A stretch of 46,660 nucleotides of DNA, taken from Escherichia phage aalborv. Both the position numbers and the translations under genes were made by a program. Where the stretch lies: the sequence record NC_049829.1; one strand, written 5' to 3'. Every line of letters starts with the position of its first letter. Position 1 is the first letter of the stretch. A model generated the notes under the pieces. The model made no database searches. It was not told the DNA's origin and saw nothing but the letters and a program-made list of their open reading frames with translations. Shown here piece by piece: positions 36,380 to 43,706 of the stretch.

Positions 36380-36842
36380 CCTCCATCTTTACCATCTCGT
36401 TAAGCATTTCATTCATTCGCTCAAGTGCGATTGCCGCACCTTCCAGGCGCTCGCCTTCAAGATCGCTGATTCGCGGCTGTGTTTTAAGCAGTTGAGCAAT
36501 AAACTTTGCTCGCCACTTGATTTCAAGTTTCGCTATATCATCTCCAGTCAGAACACGCGGTTTGCTTTTGGATTCTGTGAGCGCAAACACGAAACCATCA
36601 CCTTCATCAGTCACCTTGCGCTTAATGCTGATCACGCCTTTTTGCTTCACTTCAGGTACGCGGTTGACAACCTGGCGCATGTACGATGCCGTAATTGCTT
36701 CGCCGTTCTCCACATTAGCGCACAAAAAAAGTGCTGGCATGAATACATTATTACGCTCACCACTACCAATTGCCGCGCCCAAGTCGCGAAGCATATCGCA
36801 GAACTCACTACGCGACATATAACTAATATTTTCTTCATTCAT
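36372..36842 (-). CDS. hypothetical protein (156 aa), first gene of leftward operon
   Basis: Start set to ATG 36842 (MNEENISYM, AAGGAG SD); sigma70-like TTGACA-17-AATAAT promoter 36873..36907. Confidence 0.5.
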   Translation of the reverse strand: MNEENISYMSRSEFCDMLRDLGAAIGSGERNNVFMPALFLCANVENGEAITASYMRQVVNRVPEVKQKGVISIKRKVTDEGDGFVFALTESKSKPRVLTGDDIAKLEIKWRAKFIAQLLKTQPRISDLEGERLEGAAIALERMNEMLNEMVKMEDE

Positions 36843-36872
36843 GGCGTCTGCTCCTTTTGTTGCGTTTAAACT

Positions 36873-36907
36873 GGATGCATTATTTCCTTGCCTTTCCTGC
36901 ATGTCAA
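36873..36907 (-). promoter_or_regulatory. sigma70-like promoter TTGACA-17-AATAAT for leftward operon
   Basis: -35 at 36902..36907, -10 at 36879..36884 (minus strand); 30-nt leader with AAGGAG SD. Confidence 0.5.
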
Positions 36908-37185
36908 TATATTTTGTGTTTTAATAACAATTTTTGGCATGTGGCGCGTTTAAAGATAACAAAATGCACTACTTAAGTTATTGGTTTAACAGATAAAAGC
37001 GACCCTGTTGACCTGGTTGACGGAGTATTGCCGCTACCCCATATATATACATACAAAAATCACCACACATCACCATTGATTAAAAAATATACAATCACAC
37101 ATACATATCACCACAAACAATACCACTCCACCACATACCCATAGAACAAGCTCAACAGTAAATAACAAATATAAATACATATATA

Positions 37186-37201
37186 ACTAACTTATTGATT
37201 T
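37186..37201. repeat. 16-mer ACTAACTTATTGATTT (copy B)
   Basis: Identical to 9289..9304. Confidence 0.8.
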
Positions 37202-37442
37202 TATGGGTATATATATAAATTTTATTTTGTTCTTTTTGTTGATGAACGCCGTTTCTGTTATCTAAAAGTGCGGAGGCTTATTTGAGATAACATGGGGAAC
37301 AGAAATAACAGATGAGCGCGCCAGGATTGCCGGAAAGGACGCAAGAGGACCGCGTTTCTCTATCCCCTCCACACAAAAAGTTAATCATCTGATTAAAATT
37401 GATCAAACTCAATATCTCACAATCCAGGTGATCGCGAATGAG

Positions 37443-37482
37443 TTATTCCTGTTATTCCTGATTAATGGAATAGATGGAATAA
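37443..37482. promoter_or_regulatory. dyad of repeated half-sites TTATTCC(x2)...GGAATA(x2), candidate operator upstream of first rightward promoter
   Basis: TTATTCC at 37443 and 37452; GGAATA at 37467 and 37476; 14 bp upstream of motif 37496. Confidence 0.45.
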
Positions 37483-37495
37483 TGACCAGTCAGCA

Positions 37496-37546
37496 AATAG
37501 CACTTTTTGTTAAAACTGAATCCGCCTGATCGGGTACATTACACAC
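37496..37546 (+). promoter_or_regulatory. motif-type promoter module, first of the rightward early array
   Basis: Motif 37496..37515; -10 TACATT 37535..37540; leader CATCGAAAAGAA. Confidence 0.55.
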
Positions 37547-37575
37547 ATCGAAAAGAACCGATCAGGAGATAGCAA

Positions 37576-37848
37576 ATGAACATCAGCAAAACCACTTTCA
37601 ACTTCGCTAAGCGTCACGGTCTGGATCTGACTGTTGAAGATTTTGGCGATGTTCTGCAACTCTGCATTTGGGAAGCAGATAACGATTGCGAGTGGCTTTG
37701 CTCTTATCGTATCAACTACGATTGCTTGACCTGGCACGGCAATATCTATCTGCCGCAAGAAGTGAAAGAGGAATTGCCAGAAACCATCAACAACGAAGTT
37801 TTTTTGCGCAAAGTCATGAAGTTTATTGCCGAGGAGATCAAGAAATGA
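37576..37848 (+). CDS. hypothetical early protein (90 aa)
   Basis: ORF track; first gene after promoter module 37496..37546; AGGAGA SD. Confidence 0.5.
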   Translation: MNISKTTFNFAKRHGLDLTVEDFGDVLQLCIWEADNDCEWLCSYRINYDCLTWHGNIYLPQEVKEELPETINNEVFLRKVMKFIAEEIKK

Positions 37849-38084
37849 TTAATGAAGTGGATTTTGAACTCGCTGAGGCCCAGGTAAGGGCCAAAAAGAT
37901 GGGATTGCGGATCTTGACGCAAAAAGTCGAGTTCCCGTCGATGCCGTTCGCATCATTCCATAAAGTGACTGTGTTCAGTAGCAAACGCGAGTTTAACGCG
38001 CTAATCCCTGATGGTGATGATAAGCGCATGGCGAAATTTATTAACGAATCCTGTGATGTTCTGGATGCCGTTAAACATGGTTAA
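37845..38084 (+). CDS. hypothetical early protein (79 aa)
   Basis: Start ATG 37845 overlaps upstream stop (ATGA). Confidence 0.5.
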   Translation: MINEVDFELAEAQVRAKKMGLRILTQKVEFPSMPFASFHKVTVFSSKREFNALIPDGDDKRMAKFINESCDVLDAVKHG

Positions 38085-38103
38085 CAACAAAGGAGAAATA
38101 AAG

Positions 38104-38370
38104 ATGCCACGTATCAATGCACCTATTCCAGATAAGCGCAAAGCACGTTTGCTCAATAACGGGTGTTACGCCCTGCGGCCTGCATTTAAGGATCGCACCT
38201 TTCCGGTTATCGTTAACGTATCTCACGTAAGCCGTAGCGGGGATCTGGTATTTGTTAAAGGTGAGGATCTGTCGGCGCTTGGATTCTATGGCGGTATTTA
38301 CGGTGAGGCGCTAGGATTCTGGATTAAAGATCCGTTAACTGGCGAGCGCGAAATCGAATTCCTGGACTAA
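38104..38370 (+). CDS. hypothetical early protein (88 aa)
   Basis: AAAGGAG SD; stop TAA abuts promoter motif 38370..38389. Confidence 0.5.
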   Translation: MPRINAPIPDKRKARLLNNGCYALRPAFKDRTFPVIVNVSHVSRSGDLVFVKGEDLSALGFYGGIYGEALGFWIKDPLTGEREIEFLD

Positions 38371-38420
38371 ATAGCACTTTTTGTTAAAACTCAATCCTCG
38401 TATTCCTGTACATTACACAC
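38370..38420 (+). promoter_or_regulatory. motif-type promoter module
   Basis: Motif 38370..38389; -10 TACATT 38409..38414; leader CATCGATAACGAA...GAGGATTTGAAA. Confidence 0.55.
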
Positions 38421-38447
38421 ATCGATAACGAATGCGAGGATTTGAAA

Positions 38448-38600
38448 ATGGTTACTCTGATTACCTGGGAACACGAAAACAGCCAGCCGGAAGTGCGCGA
38501 ATTTGAAACTGTAGCCGCTTGTTACAACCTGGCGAAAAATGGCGGCTTCTACAAGGCGCAAATCGTTAACGAATTTGGAGTTGTTGACTATGAGTTCTAA
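38448..38600 (+). CDS. hypothetical small early protein (50 aa, MVTLITWEHENSQ...)
   Basis: Not in track; GAGGA SD in conserved 5'UTR of promoter module 38370..38420. Confidence 0.45.
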   Translation: MVTLITWEHENSQPEVREFETVAACYNLAKNGGFYKAQIVNEFGVVDYEF

Positions 38601-38871
38601 GTTTTACAGCTACACCGACACAGTGGATTTTGAGGGGATACAATTGCCCCTACCTAACAACTACAGGTACATAACTCGTGACCGTTTCGGCTTTATCCAG
38701 GGGTGGCGGAACAAACCAACACACACTGAGTTCGGTATGTCTGGAGGAGAAGAGTTGCCGATCACTTTTGGGCATCAAAGCGGTGAAAATCTTCCGGTTG
38801 TTGCGCGTAAGTATCGTAGACGAAAGATCACAAGACGGCTTATCTCTTTAACTGGATCTGTTGTTGAATAG
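38590..38871 (+). CDS. hypothetical early protein with basic C-terminus (93 aa)
   Basis: Start ATG 38590 (MSSKFYS, GGAG SD) overlapping previous ORF end; stop TAG inside promoter motif. Confidence 0.5.
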   Translation: MSSKFYSYTDTVDFEGIQLPLPNNYRYITRDRFGFIQGWRNKPTHTEFGMSGGEELPITFGHQSGENLPVVARKYRRRKITRRLISLTGSVVE

Positions 38872-38917
38872 CACTTTTTGTTAAAACCGATGCGCCTCTG
38901 ATTGGTATATTAATCGC
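38867..38917 (+). promoter_or_regulatory. motif-type promoter module
   Basis: Motif 38867..38886; -10 TATATT 38906..38911; leader CATCGACAACGAA...GAGGATTTAAAA. Confidence 0.55.
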
Positions 38918-38942
38918 ATCGACAACGAACGAGGATTTAAAA

Positions 38943-39140
38943 ATGGAAAATCAAGTTGATGTTAAAGTTGTACAGCGTGACAAGTCTCACGAAAAAGGTT
39001 TGTTTAAGAAAGGTGCTGAAATCACCATTGACCTTGATGATATGGAGGCGTACCACTCAGGGCTAACTTGGAACGTGCGCAAATGTGAAAACGGCCTGTT
39101 CAAGTTAAATGGCTTTGAAACATACATGGAGATCATTTAA
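38943..39140 (+). CDS. hypothetical early protein (65 aa)
   Basis: ORF track; GAGGATTTAAAA-ATG conserved leader. Confidence 0.5.
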   Translation: MENQVDVKVVQRDKSHEKGLFKKGAEITIDLDDMEAYHSGLTWNVRKCENGLFKLNGFETYMEII

Positions 39141-39460
39141 TGGCAAAGCAATTAAAACTTAAGTGCGTAGAAACTTATAACTCAATTTGGAAATTTACGC
39201 GCGGAAAAGAATATCCACTAATGTGAAATCTCAAAGAAGATCCTCATGTAATTTCAGATAATGGTCTTCACCTTTATTTGATGGAATACAACGATGGCTA
39301 TATTGGCGCTGGTGTTCCAGGTCATAAATTTAAGATGAAAAATAAGAAATGAGGCTATTTATTTTCAAAAATGCCCGGATGGTAGCGGTTGCAAATGACC
39401 ATTACGGAGGCGACGGAAAAAGAGCGCCACGTCATTCATATTTCAATTGAGGATATTTAA

Positions 39461-39688
39461 ATGAAAGCAAAAGTTTTAAACATTATGGCAACTATTGACG
39501 CTCATCACCGCGTGGCTGTAAAACTTGATAAGTCCTGCGGAATTAGCCAAATCACTATCACCGAGGGCAAAGGCGGCTATCTTATTGGTAGCCATCCAGG
39601 CGGTAAGGTGCGCAAATACAATAAAGATCAGGTAAAAGAATTACTGGAAGAAAACGCTTTCTATATTCAAAGTTGGCGCGCTCTTTAA
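39461..39688 (+). CDS. hypothetical early protein (75 aa)
   Basis: ORF track; GAGGATATTTAA-ATG leader; followed by terminator 39696..39718. Confidence 0.5.
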   Translation: MKAKVLNIMATIDAHHRVAVKLDKSCGISQITITEGKGGYLIGSHPGGKVRKYNKDQVKELLEENAFYIQSWRAL

Positions 39689-39695
39689 TTAATCT

Positions 39696-39718
39696 GGCGG
39701 CGTTTTGCCGCCTTTTAA
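39696..39718 (+). terminator. intrinsic terminator after 39461..39688
   Basis: Stem GGCGGC..GCCGCC followed by TTTT. Confidence 0.55.
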
Positions 39719-39730
39719 ATGAGGTGGAAA

Positions 39731-39847
39731 ATGATAGATAAAGCTATTGATTTCTTTTTTTATTCTATTATTGGCGCGGTTGGTTTTTTGGTTACTGCTG
39801 CTGGTCTGGCTATTATCTTGGCTGTTATTAAGGGGATTATGCGATGA
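39731..39847 (+). CDS. small hydrophobic membrane peptide (38 aa, MIDKAIDFFFYSIIGAVGFLVTAAGLAIILAVIKGIMR)
   Basis: Not in track; GAGGTGG SD 5 nt upstream; single predicted TM helix. Confidence 0.4.
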   Translation: MIDKAIDFFFYSIIGAVGFLVTAAGLAIILAVIKGIMR

Positions 39848-39877
39848 GTCAAGACGGTTTTTTTTGAGCGCCTTCAA

Positions 39878-40069
39878 ATGGCAGAAGATGCCGGACTAAA
39901 TAAAGAGTCGGCGCTTGAAGTGGCATATAAAATTAAGACTCTTGATGAGGCTTTAGGTGATATGGATATGGATCTTGAATCAAGCGCAATATTTGCAGAT
40001 CCCACTATGATTGTTAATGATTGTGGATGCGATTTCGATCCTGGTTGTGCGCGCTGTTTTCCGTTTTGA
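39878..40069 (+). CDS. hypothetical acidic Cys-containing protein (63 aa)
   Basis: ORF track; weak SD. Confidence 0.4.
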   Translation: MAEDAGLNKESALEVAYKIKTLDEALGDMDMDLESSAIFADPTMIVNDCGCDFDPGCARCFPF

Positions 40070-40079
40070 GGTAATGACG

Positions 40080-40790
40080 ATGTATAAAGGTTTAATATTC
40101 TCCCTATTTGATGGATCTGGTAAAGCCGTTAAAGATTGGGCTGATAATGGCTATAAGTGCATTTGCTTTAATGCTGACGGCGGCGATCACGGTGATTACC
40201 AGTCAGTGCGCATACAGCATGAGAATATCGAATATGTTAACGTCTGGATTGATGAAAGATTTTACCACCGCGCGCGCTGGGAGGAATGGGGCATTCCTGA
40301 CTTTATTATGGCATTTCCGCCATGCACTGACCTTGCAAATAGCGGATCTCGCCATTGGGCTAAAAAACGCATTGAGAATCCATCGTTCCAGGATGAAGCC
40401 GCCGACACTTGCAAAATAGCTGCGCAAATTGCTGATTATTTCGGTGTTCCGTACATGATAGAGAATCCTGTAGGCAAGCTGTCAACGCTATGGCGCAAGC
40501 CTGATTATACGTTCCATCCGTGCGATTATGCTGGCTATCTGCCGGAAGATGATAAACATCCCGACTTTCCTGATATTATTCCGGCACGGGATCGGTACTT
40601 TAAGAAAACATGCCTTTGGACTGGAAACGGATTTGTTATTCCTCCGCGCGCAACAATCATTCCTAAAGATGGCGACAAGGATAATCCTGGTTGGGCCAAA
40701 ACTGGCGGAAAATCGTCTCGCACAAAGATGATCCGCTCCCTCACACCGCGCGGTTTTGCTCGCGCCGTCTTTGAAGCAAACGCAAAATAG
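40080..40790 (+). CDS. putative compact DNA cytosine-C5 methyltransferase-like protein
   Basis: Start set to ATG 40080 (MYKG, GAGGT SD); FxGxG-like (LFDGSG), PC (FPPCTD) and ENx (MIENPVG) motifs in C5-MTase order; short for the family, so tentative. Confidence 0.4.
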   Translation: MYKGLIFSLFDGSGKAVKDWADNGYKCICFNADGGDHGDYQSVRIQHENIEYVNVWIDERFYHRARWEEWGIPDFIMAFPPCTDLANSGSRHWAKKRIENPSFQDEAADTCKIAAQIADYFGVPYMIENPVGKLSTLWRKPDYTFHPCDYAGYLPEDDKHPDFPDIIPARDRYFKKTCLWTGNGFVIPPRATIIPKDGDKDNPGWAKTGGKSSRTKMIRSLTPRGFARAVFEANAK

Positions 40791-40830
40791 CACTTTTTGT
40801 TAAAAGCCAGGTGTAAAAGCCTGGCATAAT
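40785..40830. repeat. 46-bp exact inverted repeat of promoter module (partner 36073..36118)
   Basis: See partner entry. Confidence 0.85.
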
Positions 40831-40836
40831 CACTTC
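40786..40836 (+). promoter_or_regulatory. motif-type promoter module
   Basis: Motif 40786..40805; spacer hairpin GCCAGG..CCTGGC; -10 CATAAT 40825..40830. Confidence 0.55.
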
Positions 40837-40861
40837 ACCGAAACGAAAGGAGAAATAAACG

Positions 40862-41248
40862 ATGAAAGTTATCTGCAATAAAACCAACGTTTTGATGAAC
40901 GGTCGCTATAAAACCGTATACGAAAAAATCGCTGGTAGCGATGATGTGATCGAGTTGGAACAATTCCAGGTAAAGAGCATTACAAAGGGTAGTAAGTGGC
41001 AAAACGCTGTTGAGTCTGACTATCGTCACATCAAGACAAAAACAATTAAATGCACATTTGTAGATCACAAGATCCCGTGCAAAAAGCATTTCAAAGAAGG
41101 AAAGCGTTACCAGATTGAGCAAGGACGCGCGCTTGGCGCTGTTGCTGGTTATGTGTTTGATGAGTCTGGCGACCGCTGGACGCTATACCGCGAAGAAGTT
41201 GGATTTTCCGCTGGTGGCTGTCATTTGTTTGAGGCTATGTATAAGTGA
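40862..41248 (+). CDS. hypothetical early protein (128 aa)
   Basis: ORF track; AAGGAGAAA SD after promoter module 40786..40836. Confidence 0.5.
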   Translation: MKVICNKTNVLMNGRYKTVYEKIAGSDDVIELEQFQVKSITKGSKWQNAVESDYRHIKTKTIKCTFVDHKIPCKKHFKEGKRYQIEQGRALGAVAGYVFDESGDRWTLYREEVGFSAGGCHLFEAMYK

Positions 41249-41466
41249 TCAAGGCTGAATATCGCTATAAGGTGACTCATTCAGCAACAAAAACCTTCAA
41301 TCCTGGCGATATAGTCAGGCCAATAAAGAAAACGATGGTTGGGTGGCTGACTGGATTCTCATATCACAAATCACTTTACTTTGATTTTGTTGATTCTGTA
41401 ACCGCGCATTGCCATAGTGCAAAGGAACCAGAAAAAATCTTAGTTAGCATAGAGCGGATCAAATAG
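41245..41466 (+). CDS. hypothetical early protein (73 aa), GTG start
   Basis: GTG at 41245 overlaps upstream stop (GTGA); stop TAG inside promoter motif. Confidence 0.45.
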   Translation: MIKAEYRYKVTHSATKTFNPGDIVRPIKKTMVGWLTGFSYHKSLYFDFVDSVTAHCHSAKEPEKILVSIERIK

Positions 41467-41512
41467 CATTTTTTGTTAAATGCGGGTAGCATTGGTGCGG
41501 TATTATTGCCGC
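41462..41512 (+). promoter_or_regulatory. motif-type promoter module (variant AATAGCATTTTTTGTTAAA)
   Basis: TTGTTA 41473..41478; 22-bp spacer; -10 TATTAT 41501..41506. Confidence 0.5.
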
Positions 41513-41534
41513 ATCAAAAAAGGAGTTATCATCA

Positions 41535-43118
41535 ATGAATTTTTCGTTTGAAACCAATAAACTAACACCAAAACAAATTATCGAATTAGCTGATGCACAA
41601 GGATTGTCTCCGGTGCGCGTGTCCATTCAGGCAAACGGATACCGTCAATCGTCCAGCTTTTGGGGTGAGGTTAATGATGTTAATAACGGAAACGATCGCT
41701 ACCCTATAATTTCTCTTGGCAATGATGTTGATGTTGTTGGTAAGTTGGCGCGCAACATTGCTCGATCAGTTCAGTTCCCTGAATCATCGGCATATATGCA
41801 TTTTATCGGCTGCGTGTCTGCTGCAATGCTTGGACGCTTCACGGTTGAGTATCACGGAACGGATCAACCAACTGCTCTTTACGTTGTTACAAGTCAGCCT
41901 CCTTCAACTGGTAAATCTGCCGTTAACAGCCTTGCACTTGCTCCTATGGTTGCTGAGGTAGAAAGAATTAATGATCAGCGAAAGAAGGAACGAAAAAAGA
42001 TTCAGGCAAAGTTGGCAGGTCTTGCAAAGGAAATGAAAAGCGAGCGTTCCGGCGCTGATATGGAATCGCTATACCAGGAGAAAGAAGATCTGGAAGAAAA
42101 ACTGGAAAAGATGTGTGACATTGTTTTCCCTGTCTCCGACACCACGCCGGAAGGACTTGCAAGAATCAACAACCGCCAGGGAAACTTTGCTGTAATTTCA
42201 GACGAGGCAACGAGTATTAACAGCCTTTTAGGTCTGACATATGCCAATAGCGAACGTAAAACCAACAGCGAACTTGTGCTAAAAGCATGGGATCATGGTC
42301 ATGTTTCTATAGCTCGTGCAAACGCTGACAACAATATGAGTTTTAAAGCTCTTGGCTGCATGGCGGTAATTGCCCAGGATGAAACAATCAATGCCATCAT
42401 GGACGCAGGATCACGCGGTATCGGTGTAAGTGAGCGTTATTTGCTTGTGCGTGAGGAATCATTTTTAGGTCGTCGAAAGTTTGTTGATGATAACGGTGAT
42501 TCGACTTATGAGCCTGTTGATGGAGAACTGAAAAGCCAATATTTTAAGCTGATCCATAACATAATGAGCGAATCAAACATCCAGCTTAAGATCAGCAAAT
42601 CAGCAATGCGAGTGCTTAACATGGCTCGTCAGGAGATGGAACCGCACCTTGCCGATGGCGGAAAGTATTCTCATACAATGCTGCGCGGCGCGCTTGGCAA
42701 AATGGATAAGCAGGTGATCAGAATTGCTTCGGTTTTGCACACTATCCGCAATTGGTTTAATCCTGGCGGATACCCTCAAAAGTCGAAAGAGATTGAGGTT
42801 GAAACCGTTCAGGAAGCACTGCTGATGTTTAGCGAGTTGAGCAAAACATACATTAGCGCCGCCAACGCTTCTGGCTATGCTGGTGATGATGCTGAAATGG
42901 GTAAACTAATCGAGATTATCACTCGACACGGTAAGGCTAACAAGGGAATCTTGAATGTGCGAGCCATATATGAGGCTGCGCGAAAAGTTAAGCCTTTTGT
43001 TGGTCAGGCTGGCGTAATGAAGCGCATGGAAACGCAACTGCTGCCGATGCTTGAAGAAAGAAATTATATTTGTGTGATTAATGGCGTTGTTTTTGTAAAT
43101 CCAACATTGCTGGGGTAA
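41535..43118 (+). CDS. P-loop NTPase domain protein (527 aa), function unknown
   Basis: Walker A-like TSQPPSTGKSAV; AAGGAG SD; largest protein of the early block. Confidence 0.6.
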   Translation: MNFSFETNKLTPKQIIELADAQGLSPVRVSIQANGYRQSSSFWGEVNDVNNGNDRYPIISLGNDVDVVGKLARNIARSVQFPESSAYMHFIGCVSAAMLGRFTVEYHGTDQPTALYVVTSQPPSTGKSAVNSLALAPMVAEVERINDQRKKERKKIQAKLAGLAKEMKSERSGADMESLYQEKEDLEEKLEKMCDIVFPVSDTTPEGLARINNRQGNFAVISDEATSINSLLGLTYANSERKTNSELVLKAWDHGHVSIARANADNNMSFKALGCMAVIAQDETINAIMDAGSRGIGVSERYLLVREESFLGRRKFVDDNGDSTYEPVDGELKSQYFKLIHNIMSESNIQLKISKSAMRVLNMARQEMEPHLADGGKYSHTMLRGALGKMDKQVIRIASVLHTIRNWFNPGGYPQKSKEIEVETVQEALLMFSELSKTYISAANASGYAGDDAEMGKLIEIITRHGKANKGILNVRAIYEAARKVKPFVGQAGVMKRMETQLLPMLEERNYICVINGVVFVNPTLLG

Positions 43119-43120
43119 TT

Positions 43121-43513
43121 ATGTTTCTTCTGGATCTGTATCGCTGGTGTGAGTCATTCGAATGGTTTACACGTCAACATATAGCGAAATTTATATTTCA
43201 GCATAGAGAATGTGAGCGGCTCGCAAGGGCCGCAGGATTTACGCCGAGGATGTTTGCAACTGCCGTTTCAAAAGAATTTTGCTCAAGAATGATGACCGCT
43301 GGTTATCTTGATGGAGTTGGTGGAAAGTTCTGGTGTAAGAAAGGATCAGCAAATCGCCCTTTCTCGTTTGAACTTTACAGCCTGGAAGGTATGCAAAACG
43401 AATGGGTAAGAGATGTTTTACGGATCGGAGAAATGAGCGATGAAGAATTGTTTACGTCAAATGCTAATAGACAAAATATTGAAGTTCTGCGCCGTAAGTT
43501 CAATCTCACATGA
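43121..43513 (+). CDS. hypothetical early protein (130 aa)
   Basis: ORF track; GGGG SD. Confidence 0.5.
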   Translation: MFLLDLYRWCESFEWFTRQHIAKFIFQHRECERLARAAGFTPRMFATAVSKEFCSRMMTAGYLDGVGGKFWCKKGSANRPFSFELYSLEGMQNEWVRDVLRIGEMSDEELFTSNANRQNIEVLRRKFNLT

Positions 43514-43634
43514 CGACTTCATGCACGCAATGTTAACGCTCATTCATTCTGACATGCGAGCGTTTGATATATCAGAGCATAATTTGTGTGATGAGGACGG
43601 AGTTTTGTTGGTTACTGTAAAGCGTATTGAATAG
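43440..43634 (+). CDS. hypothetical protein (64 aa) overlapping previous gene out of frame
   Basis: GGAGAAA SD; stop TAG is the TAG of promoter motif 43630..43648; 74-nt overlap with 43121..43513. Confidence 0.35.
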   Translation: MKNCLRQMLIDKILKFCAVSSISHDDFMHAMLTLIHSDMRAFDISEHNLCDEDGVLLVTVKRIE

Positions 43635-43679
43635 CACTTTTGTTAAAACACCCGATCTCGTATCGGGTATATTTGTTTC
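43630..43679 (+). promoter_or_regulatory. motif-type promoter module
   Basis: Motif 43630..43648 (one T shorter); spacer hairpin CCCGAT..ATCGGG; -10 TATATT 43668..43673; leader CATCGAAACGAA. Confidence 0.55.
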
Positions 43680-43706
43680 ATCGAAACGAATATGAGGATT
43701 TTAAAA

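Noticed and set aside
39689-39877. Minus-strand track ORF (62 aa) in the rightward early array
   Set aside because: It is antisense to a plus-strand terminator and to the SD-equipped small membrane ORF 39731..39847, and no promoter is oriented toward it.
216-43648. Motif interpreted as a sigma54 promoter (TGGCAC-N5-TTGCA)
   Set aside because: It lacks the GG and GC dinucleotides at 10-bp spacing and is consistently followed by sigma70-type -10 hexamers; the partial resemblance (TAGCAC ... TTG) is insufficient.
216-43648. Motif plus hairpin interpreted as intrinsic terminators on the coding strand
   Set aside because: On the coding strand the T-rich segment precedes the hairpin rather than following it; terminator-like geometry exists only on the opposite strand.
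216-43648. Repeated 20-mer as a CRISPR array
   Set aside because: Copies are separated by whole genes of variable length (hundreds to thousands of bp), occur in both orientations, and no cas genes are present.
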